Assembly: GCA_965248695.1 (NCBI GenBank)
Contig: CBDFKD010000002.1
Coordinates: 4,640,001 to 4,704,000, forward strand
Reading direction: 5' to 3'
Source of the DNA: Acidobacteriota bacterium
Lineage (GTDB): Bacteria; Acidobacteriota; UBA890; WLXD01
Length of the DNA stretch: 64,000 nucleotides
Shown here: positions 22,548-30,720 of the stretch, piece by piece
How the letters are laid out: every line of letters starts with the position of its first letter
How positions within the stretch are numbered: position 1 is the first letter of the stretch
The notes under the pieces: model-generated
Databases searched by the model: none
The model's input: only the letters and a program-made list of their open reading frames with translations
What the model was told of the DNA's origin: nothing
Made by a program: the position numbers and the translations under genes

Positions 22548-24515
22548 ATGGCTGAGCGCACCGGGCTCGACCGGCAGGCCTACCGCGAGCTCGAGGCCGG
22601 GGAAAGCTACCGGCCGTACGTCTCGGCTGGCGAGAGTCCCAGGGAAGCGACGCTGCGCGCCATCCTGGCCGGGGCGGCGTTCGGGATCCTCTTCGGTGCC
22701 GCCAACGCCTACCTCGGTCTGCGCTCCGGACTGACGATCTCCACGTCGATCCCCGTGGCTGTGTTGACAGTCGCCTTCTTCAACGCCGTGCGCGCCGCGG
22801 GAGGCCGGTCGAGCATTCTCGAGGCCAATCTCGCCCAGACGATAGGCTCCGCATCCAGCTCGGTCGCCAGCGGCGCTATCTTCACGCTGCCGGCGCTGTT
22901 CCTCTGGGGCATGGGGCCGGGACTGCTGCAGATGACTCTGCTGGCGATGTGCGGCGGCGTGCTCGGGGTGCTGTTCATGGTGCCGCTGCGCAAGCTGTTG
23001 ATCCAGGGCGAGCACGGACGGCTGCCGTACCCCGAGGGCACGGCATGCGCCGAGGTGCTGGTAGCCAGTGACGTGGGTGGTGCGCGTGCCAGGCCGGTGT
23101 TCCATGGGCTGGCGATCGGGGCGCTGATGAAGGCGCTCACGGGTCTGGCGAGAGTGATTCCGGGTGATGTGCACATGCGTCTCCCGATCTTGCCCAAGGC
23201 GCAGGTGGGTACCGAGGTGTCGGCGGCGCTCTTCGGCGTCGGTTACATCCTCGGTCCGTGGATCGGCTCGGTCATGGTTGGCGGGGCGCTGCTGTCGTGG
23301 GTCGTGCTCATCCCTGCCATTGCGACTTGGGGGGCTGAACTGGCGTCGCCGCTGTATCCGGAGACCGTACAGACGATCGCGGCGATGGGGCCGTCGGAGA
23401 TCTGGACGCGGTACGTGCGCTACATCGGCGCCGGGGCCGTCGCCACCGCCGGCTTGCTGACGTTGCTCAAGAGCGTGCCGACGATGCGCGAGAGCTTCCG
23501 CGTGGGGACACGTGAGCTGCGCAATCGCCTCGCCCACACGGCACCTGTCGACGCACCGCGCACCGGCCTCGACGTATCGCTGCGCACCGTCGCAGTGGGC
23601 GTCGGCCTCGTGTTGCTCGTACTGGCCACGGTACCGCAAGCCTTCGGGCCGTTACCGAGTGCCTACGCTCGGCCTGTGGCTGCTTTACTGGTCGGGATCC
23701 TCGCCTTCTTCTTCGTCACCGTATCGTCTCGAATCGTCGGGCTGGTCGGGGTTACCTCGAATCCCACCAGCGGCATGACCATCGCCTCTTTGCTCGGCGT
23801 CTCGCTGCTGTTTTACGCTGCCGGGTGGACGGATGATCTGGGCAAGGCCGCGGCGCTCACCGTCGGTTGTGTGGTTGCCATCGCGGCATCGATCGCCGGC
23901 GATACGTCACAGGATCTGAAGACCGGCTACCTGCTGGGGGCAACGCCGCGCCGCCAGCAGCTGGGCGAGGTGATGGGTGTGCTCACGTCCGCTACTTTCG
24001 TGTGCCTCACCTTGATCGTCCTGAACGGCAGCTACGGTTTCGGTACCACCGAGCTACCGGCGCCCCAGGCGACGCTAATGAAGCTCGTCATCGAAGGTGT
24101 GCTCGACGCCAACCTTCCCTGGGCATTCGTCGGCATCGGCGCCGCGCTCGGTCTGGCGGCCGAGATTGCCGGCTTGCCGGCCCTGGCGTTCTCGGTAGGC
24201 ATCTACCTGCCGGTCGGCACGATGGTACCGGTGTTCCTCGGTGGGATGGCACGCTGGTGGCTCGAGCGGTCGGCGGCAAACGAACAGCTTGGGGAGGTTC
24301 GCCGCGAGCGCGGCGTGCTCCTGGGATCCGGACTGGTCGGCGGCACCGGTCTGTTCGGGGTGCTGCTGGCAGGCATTGCTTTCTGGAATGGGTCGGCACC
24401 GAGAGGCGTTGGAACGGAATGGGCTGGAGCCTGGGCGCCGCTGGTCGGATTGCTGGTATTCGTGGCCATGATCGCGTGGTTCCTGAGCTCCTGCAGCCGC
24501 CGGGAGGATCAGTGA
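22548..24515 (+). CDS. OPT-family oligopeptide transporter
   Basis: YLGLRSGLTISTSIP, LPYPEG, SNPTSGMTI, DTSQDLKTG, PAPQA. Confidence 0.93.
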   Translation: MAERTGLDRQAYRELEAGESYRPYVSAGESPREATLRAILAGAAFGILFGAANAYLGLRSGLTISTSIPVAVLTVAFFNAVRAAGGRSSILEANLAQTIGSASSSVASGAIFTLPALFLWGMGPGLLQMTLLAMCGGVLGVLFMVPLRKLLIQGEHGRLPYPEGTACAEVLVASDVGGARARPVFHGLAIGALMKALTGLARVIPGDVHMRLPILPKAQVGTEVSAALFGVGYILGPWIGSVMVGGALLSWVVLIPAIATWGAELASPLYPETVQTIAAMGPSEIWTRYVRYIGAGAVATAGLLTLLKSVPTMRESFRVGTRELRNRLAHTAPVDAPRTGLDVSLRTVAVGVGLVLLVLATVPQAFGPLPSAYARPVAALLVGILAFFFVTVSSRIVGLVGVTSNPTSGMTIASLLGVSLLFYAAGWTDDLGKAAALTVGCVVAIAASIAGDTSQDLKTGYLLGATPRRQQLGEVMGVLTSATFVCLTLIVLNGSYGFGTTELPAPQATLMKLVIEGVLDANLPWAFVGIGAALGLAAEIAGLPALAFSVGIYLPVGTMVPVFLGGMARWWLERSAANEQLGEVRRERGVLLGSGLVGGTGLFGVLLAGIAFWNGSAPRGVGTEWAGAWAPLVGLLVFVAMIAWFLSSCSRREDQ

Positions 24516-24940
24516 CCATCGCGATCTCCGTCGCCCTGTTGCTGGCCTCCCTGCTGCCGCAGGCGCCGGCGCCGCCGCCGATCGATTCTCAGGTCACGTT
24601 CCTCTACTACGCCGACCTCGATGCAGCGGCGGGTTTCTACGGCGACGTTCTCCAGCTCGAGCAGACGTTCGACCAAGGATGGGTGAAGATCTTCGCGATC
24701 ACGCCAACCGCCTCGGTCGGCATCGTCGATGAGACGCGCGGAGCTCATCAGGCACGCGATGACAACGCAGTGATGCTCAGCCTGGTTACCGCCGATGTCG
24801 ACGCTTGGCACGCGCATCTGAGCGCCGCCGGCGCAGAGATCCTCGGGGCCCCTGCGGACTCTGCCAGCGTTCCGGTGCGTGCCTTCCTGGCACGCGATCC
24901 CGGCGGCTACACGGTGGAGTTCTTCCAATGGATCGATTGA
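24512..24940 (+). CDS. VOC/glyoxalase family protein with signal peptide
   Basis: DLDAAAGFYGDVL, RDPGGYTVEF; GTGA overlap with OPT stop. Confidence 0.8.
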   Translation: MTIAISVALLLASLLPQAPAPPPIDSQVTFLYYADLDAAAGFYGDVLQLEQTFDQGWVKIFAITPTASVGIVDETRGAHQARDDNAVMLSLVTADVDAWHAHLSAAGAEILGAPADSASVPVRAFLARDPGGYTVEFFQWID

Positions 24941-24977
24941 ACGTGCGCGGCGGAGATCGTCGGACGCAGAGGCACCT

Positions 24978-25316
24978 GTGACCCAACTTCTCATTGTCTG
25001 GCTGATCAGCGCCGTGGCGCTCCTGTTAGCCGCGTATGTCGTGCCCGGCTTCAAAGTCCAGGACTTCGGCACCGCCTTGCTGGCGGCCCTGGTTCTTGGA
25101 CTTGCCAACGCCGCGCTGTGGCCCCTGCTGATGCTGCTGGCGCTTCCGCTCAACCTGCTGACGCTCGGATTGTTCACCTTTGTTCTCAGCGCCGTGTTGC
25201 TGATGCTCACGTCGGCTCTCGTGAAGGGATTTCAGATCGATGGATGGATACCGGCAGTTTTCGGCGCCGTGGTGGTCGCGGCTGTCACGACCCTGTTGCG
25301 CATGGTGACACCATGA
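24978..25316 (+). CDS. DUF360/YvlD-like (phage holin family) 4-TM membrane protein
   Basis: VPGF, ALVLGLAN, LPLNLLTLGLF, GFQIDGW. Confidence 0.85.
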   Translation: MTQLLIVWLISAVALLLAAYVVPGFKVQDFGTALLAALVLGLANAALWPLLMLLALPLNLLTLGLFTFVLSAVLLMLTSALVKGFQIDGWIPAVFGAVVVAAVTTLLRMVTP

Positions 25317-26929
25317 ATCGACGAGCGTTCCGGTTCCGGGGCTCGACAACGCTGGGCGCTCTCGCTGTCCTGACGCTGCTGGCGACCTCGGTGGCGTCGG
25401 CGCAGAATCCTGAGGCCCCCGATCGCCGGGTCGGGGAGGGTCCCTTCGGTCGCCTGATCCTGCGCACCGCGACCCTGATCGACGGTACCGGCGCGCCGCC
25501 GCGGGGTCCGGTGGACATCGTCGTGGAGGGAAGCCGCATCGTCGAGATTCGCAATGTCGGCGTGCCGGGCGTGGCCATCGACGCCTCCCGTCGCCCGCAG
25601 GCGCGCGACGGAGACAGGGTGATCGAGCTCGACGGTGCCTATGTGCTACCAGGCTTCGTCGATCTGCACGGCCACCTGTCCGGTCCGGAGACTCCCGCCG
25701 AGTACATCCTCAAGCTATGGATGGCTCACGGCATCACGACGAGCGCTGATCCTGGCAGCGGTAACGGCATCCGGTGGATGCTCGATCACCAGGCGCGGAG
25801 TCGGAACAACGAGATCGTGGCACCTCGCCTCTACCCGTCCGTGTCGTTCGGACAGGGGCACGATGGCCCGATCTCGACGGCGCAGCAGGCGCGCGCCTGG
25901 GTCGCCGAGATGGCGGGCATGGGGGCTCACGGCATCAAGTTCTTTGGCGCCCGGCCCGACATCATGGAGGCGGCGCTGGACGAGGCCCGTCAGCGAGGCC
26001 TCTACTCGACCATGCACCACGCACAGCTCGACGTGGCGTGGATGAACGTCCTCGATTCGGCCCGGCTAGGCCTCACGTCGATGCAGCACTGGTACGGCCT
26101 TCCGGAGGCGCTGTTCGAAGATCGCAGCATTCAGGACTTCCGTCTCGACTACAACTACAACGACGAGCAACACCGGTTCGGCGAGGCCGGGAGGCTGTGG
26201 CAACAGGCCGCTGCACCGTATTCGCCGCACTGGAACGCTGTCATGGATGAGCTGCTGGACCTCGATTTCACCCTCGTGCCGACCTTCGTAGCCTACGAAA
26301 CGACACGCGATTTCATGCGCATGGCGCGCGCCGAGTGGCACGAGGAACACACGTTACCGTCGCTGTGGCGGTTCTATCTGCCCAACCGGGTGGCGCACGC
26401 CTCGTATTGGTTCTACTGGGGGACCGAGGAGGAGGTGGCGTGGAAACGCAATTACCAGCTGTGGATGAGCTTCATCAACGAGTACAAGAACCGTGGGGGG
26501 CGGGTAGCCATAGGCACCGACTCCGGCTACTCCTACAACCTCTACGGCTTCTCGTTCGTGCGTGAGATGGAGCTGCTGCGCGAGGCCGGCTTCCATCCGC
26601 TCGAGGTCATCCGCGCCGCCACCCTCGATGGCGCCGAGGCGCTGGGTGTGGCAGCCGAGGTCGGGTCGGTCGAGGTCGGCAAATTGGCCGATTTCGTGGT
26701 TGTCGACGAGAATCCACTCCAGAACCTGAAGGTCCTGTATGGCATCGGAGCGCTGAAGTTGCTCGCCGACAACAGCATCACACGGGTCGGCGCGGTCCGG
26801 TACACGATCAAGGACGGCATCGTCTTCGACGCACCGGCGCTGCTCGCCGACGTGCGACGTATTGTGCGCCAGGCGAAGGACCTCGAAGGTTTCGAGATCA
26901 CTCAGCCGGGCAGGGGACCCTTCCAGTAG
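25313..26929 (+). CDS. Secreted metal-dependent amidohydrolase
   Basis: LIDGTG, LPGFVDLHGH, GTDSG, GSVEVGKLADFVV. Confidence 0.9.
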   Translation: MNRRAFRFRGSTTLGALAVLTLLATSVASAQNPEAPDRRVGEGPFGRLILRTATLIDGTGAPPRGPVDIVVEGSRIVEIRNVGVPGVAIDASRRPQARDGDRVIELDGAYVLPGFVDLHGHLSGPETPAEYILKLWMAHGITTSADPGSGNGIRWMLDHQARSRNNEIVAPRLYPSVSFGQGHDGPISTAQQARAWVAEMAGMGAHGIKFFGARPDIMEAALDEARQRGLYSTMHHAQLDVAWMNVLDSARLGLTSMQHWYGLPEALFEDRSIQDFRLDYNYNDEQHRFGEAGRLWQQAAAPYSPHWNAVMDELLDLDFTLVPTFVAYETTRDFMRMARAEWHEEHTLPSLWRFYLPNRVAHASYWFYWGTEEEVAWKRNYQLWMSFINEYKNRGGRVAIGTDSGYSYNLYGFSFVREMELLREAGFHPLEVIRAATLDGAEALGVAAEVGSVEVGKLADFVVVDENPLQNLKVLYGIGALKLLADNSITRVGAVRYTIKDGIVFDAPALLADVRRIVRQAKDLEGFEITQPGRGPFQ

Positions 26930-26967
26930 CCACACACCGGCACGGGAGATCCGCTAGAACATTCCCC

Positions 26968-27846
26968 TCACGAGAGCACCACCGCCTCCTCGCCACGCTC
27001 CACGATTACCTGACGCAAGTGCTCGATGAGCGCCTCACGGCGATCAAGTAGCGAGGCGATCTGCAGAGGCTCGAGAATCTCGCGTACGGCGTCTCGAATC
27101 TGTCCTTCTGAGACGGTGCGCAGCGCGGTCCAGAAAGCGCGCGGCACCTGCACGATCTTGCCGAAGTCATTCCCTCCGCGTGGTCTCTGGAACGTCCTGG
27201 TGTGGTCGATCATCCAGAGATTCCAGTCCGCGTCGATCAGGCTGTTGCCGGTGTTTCGATCCGAGTTGTGCACCAGGGCATCGAAGGCTCGCATGATCAG
27301 GCGCTGTCGGCGCCAGCGGCCGGCTTCAGGGGGTCGCAGGCGTCGCTCGGCGCGCTCACCGTCGGTCATCGAGTTCTCGATCCAGAGCTGAACGGTGCCC
27401 GGCCTGCCGTCAATCCGGCGCTCGACCACCGGCGGGATCATGTCGATGCCGTACAGCCGTGCGAGCTCGAATGCGGCCACTTCGAACCGGGCGCTGTCGT
27501 AGAACGTCGCGAACGCGTCGCCGTTCGCCATGCGTAGGTTGGTGCGGCGCGTTTCGATGCTCCGGAACACGGCTCGCGCCCGTATGCCCTGGCTATCGAG
27601 CAACAGCCGGACGGCGCCGCTCTTGCCTGTGCGGACAGGCTCGCTCGAGAGCACCGCCGCATGGCGGAGAAAGTCGAGCACCTGCTCGTCGTCGCGGAAG
27701 GGCAGCGGCTGACCATCCGGACCGATGAAGACGCGCCGAGCGGCGCCGAATGTCGAGGTAGGGGCAGCGGCGCTGGCGAACACCGCCGCGAGTCCCAGGA
27801 TTACTGCGAGGGGGGTCGTTGCAACCCGATCACGCAAAGTGCGCAT
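26968..27846 (-). CDS. Secreted atypical kinase-like protein (PI3/PI4-kinase-like motifs)
   Basis: Signal peptide; EVAAFEL, FDALVHNSDRNTGN, WMIDH motifs. Confidence 0.6.
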   Translation of the reverse strand: MRTLRDRVATTPLAVILGLAAVFASAAAPTSTFGAARRVFIGPDGQPLPFRDDEQVLDFLRHAAVLSSEPVRTGKSGAVRLLLDSQGIRARAVFRSIETRRTNLRMANGDAFATFYDSARFEVAAFELARLYGIDMIPPVVERRIDGRPGTVQLWIENSMTDGERAERRLRPPEAGRWRRQRLIMRAFDALVHNSDRNTGNSLIDADWNLWMIDHTRTFQRPRGGNDFGKIVQVPRAFWTALRTVSEGQIRDAVREILEPLQIASLLDRREALIEHLRQVIVERGEEAVVLS

Positions 27847-27954
27847 GGCAACCTCAGCGGGGAGCTGTGGTTGGGATCCTAGGGGAGCAACGCACCTATT
27901 ATGGCGGGTGCAGGGGGGGCGACGGCAAGTCCGCAATGTGATCGCCCAGATCGA

Positions 27955-29334
27955 CTATGAGGGCTCGGTCCCGGCCGGCAGACGGATCTCCACCAGTAGG
28001 CCTCCATCGTCCGGGTTGGTGGCGCCGATGGTTCCTCCGTGAGCCCGTACGGCTCGTTCGCTGATCGACAGGCCGAGTCCGCTGCCCCCCCGCTCGCGAT
28101 CTCGTGCCGGGTCGACGCGATGGAACGGCCGAAACAATCGGCCGAGCTCGCTCTCCGGTACGCCAGGACCGTGATCTCGAACGCGGATCAGGGCTTCCGA
28201 CGAGCCGTTGTCCTGCGTGATAACCAGCGACGTCTCCACTGCGGATCCCTGCGGCGCATAACGAATCGCGTTGCGCACGACGTTCTCTATGGCGCGCCGG
28301 AGCAGTTCCTCGAACCCGGTCGTGACGCACGGTCCGGTAGCGTCGAGTCGGACCGACTTACCGCACTCGCGGGCCTCGTAGTCGGCGTCGGCGACCACCG
28401 CCCGCACCAGCGCCAGTAGATCCACCGGTCGTCGATCGACGAGCGCGTCCGGGTCCTGAAGGCGTGTCAGCGCCAGCAACTGGCCAATCAGGTCGTTGAG
28501 CCGCTCCGTTTCCTGCTCGATGCGGTCGAGCGCATCGTTTGCCGCATCGTCGCTGTGTCGCCGCGCCAGCCCGAGGGCGACGTAGAGCCGGGCAAGTGGT
28601 GAGCGCAGCTCATGCGAGATGTCGCTGAGCAGCTGCCGCTGGTTCTCCAACAGCGAGCCGATTCGCTCGGCCATGTTGTCGAAGTCGCGACCTAGAGCGG
28701 CCACCTCGTCACGACGGCCCCCGAGCTCAGCGCTGACGCGCGTGTCGAGCTCGCCGTCGGCAAAGCGTTGCGTCGCCGCACTGAGGGTACCTACCGGCGA
28801 CAGCATGTAGCGCGCCATTGCGTAGCAAACCAGTCCGGAGGTCAGCAGGACTCCAAGCCATCTGACGACGATGGGAAGAACGTTGGGTGGCGGCAGGTCG
28901 AGCCGGCTGGGAAGGCGTTGGACTACCGCATAGGTATCGTTGAGACGGTTTATGAACGAGCGTCCGGCGTAAGGCCCTGAGCCACGAAAGCCCCCATGGA
29001 TCATGCCGGTATCCAGGGTCTCGGCGGCTGCCGCCCGAGCCGCGTCGGGCGCAGTACGCCCGGTAATCTCGTTCAACTCGACGTCGAACACGAACGGGTA
29101 AGGAGCCCCCTCCTCCTCCAGATCTGACATGAACTGAGCGATCGCCTCAGGTGATCGGCGCCCCAAGTTGACCGCCACGCGACCGGCGAGGACCAAGCGC
29201 TGCCCGGTGAGCGCCCGGAATCGGTCGACGACTTCTTCGTTCTGGATCAGTTGGGTAGGCAACGAGAACGCTGACCACACCAGCGCCATCGCCAGCCAGA
29301 ACCACAGGAAGATCTTGATGAACAGCCGGTGCAT
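27955..29334 (-). CDS. cpxA: Sensor histidine kinase, CpxA-like
   Basis: LFIKIFLWFW N-terminus, two TMs, HAMP, DISHELRSPLARL H-box, ENVVRNAIRY, DHGPGV, GGSGLGL. Confidence 0.85.
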   Translation of the reverse strand: MHRLFIKIFLWFWLAMALVWSAFSLPTQLIQNEEVVDRFRALTGQRLVLAGRVAVNLGRRSPEAIAQFMSDLEEEGAPYPFVFDVELNEITGRTAPDAARAAAAETLDTGMIHGGFRGSGPYAGRSFINRLNDTYAVVQRLPSRLDLPPPNVLPIVVRWLGVLLTSGLVCYAMARYMLSPVGTLSAATQRFADGELDTRVSAELGGRRDEVAALGRDFDNMAERIGSLLENQRQLLSDISHELRSPLARLYVALGLARRHSDDAANDALDRIEQETERLNDLIGQLLALTRLQDPDALVDRRPVDLLALVRAVVADADYEARECGKSVRLDATGPCVTTGFEELLRRAIENVVRNAIRYAPQGSAVETSLVITQDNGSSEALIRVRDHGPGVPESELGRLFRPFHRVDPARDRERGGSGLGLSISERAVRAHGGTIGATNPDDGGLLVEIRLPAGTEPS

Positions 29335-29337
29335 GGG

Positions 29338-29903
29338 CTAGTGGCCTGTAACAGATGATCGTTGCATATCGCAGATGGGATTTGCGGGTGAGATCAAGGC
29401 GCGGTGAGGAAGGCGATGTGAGCAGGCCGTGGTGAGAGTGTGATGGGTCTGGTTGTGCCGCCAAGGGCGCAGATCCAAGGCGCCGCGCCGCCGGTGATGC
29501 CAGTGCGCATCATCCAGGAGCGGCAACGCTGGAGATGCGCCCTTGGCGGCACAACCCTTCGGGCAAGTGGGAGTTACGGGCGATGACGGCGTCTCTCCTC
29601 CTCCACGATGACGCCAGCATCGCCTCGTCGTCGATCCTTGCCCTCGCCCGTAAGAGTCCCACTTGCCAGACCCATCACACTCTCACCACGGCCTGCTGGG
29701 GCATCGTCGACGAGGCGCAACGCCGATATCGCCCGCAACTGCCCATCTGTCCGCAGGCCCATCAAGAGAACAGTGGCGCAATCGGCCCGTCTGCCCCGTT
29801 GCGCCTCCTCCAAGATGGGCAAACATCGTCTCGTCGTCGCGCCTGGCATCCGGTCCCATTTCGCCACCACGATATGCAACGATCATCTGTTACAGGCCAC
29901 TAG
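29338..29903. mobile_element. Non-coding MITE-like element with 34-bp perfect terminal inverted repeats and nested internal inverted repeats
   Basis: CTAGTGGCCTGTAACAGATGATCGTTGCATATCG (29338-29371) is the exact reverse complement of 29870-29903; internal perfect 32-bp and 21-bp stems; no transposase. Confidence 0.8.
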
Positions 29904-30619
29904 TTTCCTGACAGCGCGCGCTGGTCGGTACGTGTCGCGGGCAGCGTGTAGACATAGCCGATTCCGCGAATCGTCTTGATACGCTCGGCGCCACCTTGAC
30001 CGATACCGAGCTTACGGCGCAGGTTGCTGACGTGCATGTCGACGCTACGATCCAGAGCCGAGTACTCGCGGTCGAGCACATCCAGTGTCAGGCGCTCGCG
30101 CGACACCACCTTGCCGGCCGCTCGCATCAGCCGTTCCAGCACCTCGAACTCGACGGCGGTGAGATGAACCTCATCGCCGTCGCGTACGGCGGTGCGCGCG
30201 CCGACGTCGAGCCGCACGTCGCCGACCTCGAGCAGCAATCCATCGGAGGTGTCGCGCTCGTCGGCGCGGCGCAGAATCGCCCGAATTCTAGCCACCAGCT
30301 CGCGCGGGTTGAACGGCTTCGGTAGATAGTCGTCGGCGCCCATTTCGAGTCCGACGATGCGGTCGATGTCGTCGCCTCGGGCAGTGAGCATCAACACCGG
30401 TATCTGCGAGATGGACCGCAATCGGCGAAGAAGCTCGAAGCCGTTGATGCCCGGGAGCATGACGTCCAGCAAAACCATGGCGTAGTCGCCGGCAAGCGCC
30501 GCCTCCAGCCCGGCATCGCCGTCGCCAACGGCTTCGACCTCGAACCCCTCGGCGCGCACGTACTCGCTCACCAGCTCGTAGAGCTCGGCATCGTCGTCGA
30601 TTACCAGGATGCGCTGCAT
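29900..30619 (-). CDS. cpxR: OmpR-family response regulator, CpxR-like
   Basis: ILVIDDD, LLDVMLP, MLTARG, GADDYLPKPFNPREL, DRSVDMHVSNLRRKL, IKTIRGIGY. Confidence 0.88.
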   Translation of the reverse strand: MQRILVIDDDAELYELVSEYVRAEGFEVEAVGDGDAGLEAALAGDYAMVLLDVMLPGINGFELLRRLRSISQIPVLMLTARGDDIDRIVGLEMGADDYLPKPFNPRELVARIRAILRRADERDTSDGLLLEVGDVRLDVGARTAVRDGDEVHLTAVEFEVLERLMRAAGKVVSRERLTLDVLDREYSALDRSVDMHVSNLRRKLGIGQGGAERIKTIRGIGYVYTLPATRTDQRALSGN

Positions 30620-30699
30620 GAACACAGCTCCGCCCAATCGCGTACGGTAGCAAGTCGTGAGCTTAGCATCGGATCTGCCGGCGGCGGCGCGAGACGTCG

Positions 30700-30714
30700 G
30701 TAAAGAAACGTAAG
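30700..30714 (+). promoter_or_regulatory. Putative CpxR box
   Basis: GTAAA-GAAAC-GTAAG matches GTAAA-N5-GTAA(A/G) and lies in the divergent gap upstream of the cpxR-like gene. Confidence 0.6.
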
Positions 30715-30720
30715 GAACCC

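Noticed and set aside
24978-25316. Holin-family gene as evidence of a prophage
   Set aside because: This family is common in chromosomes; no phage structural, lysis or integrase genes nearby.
29338-29979. Short ORFs inside the fold-back element, with peptides repeated on opposite strands
   Set aside because: The repeated peptides are a by-product of the inverted repeats; no transposase or other motifs.
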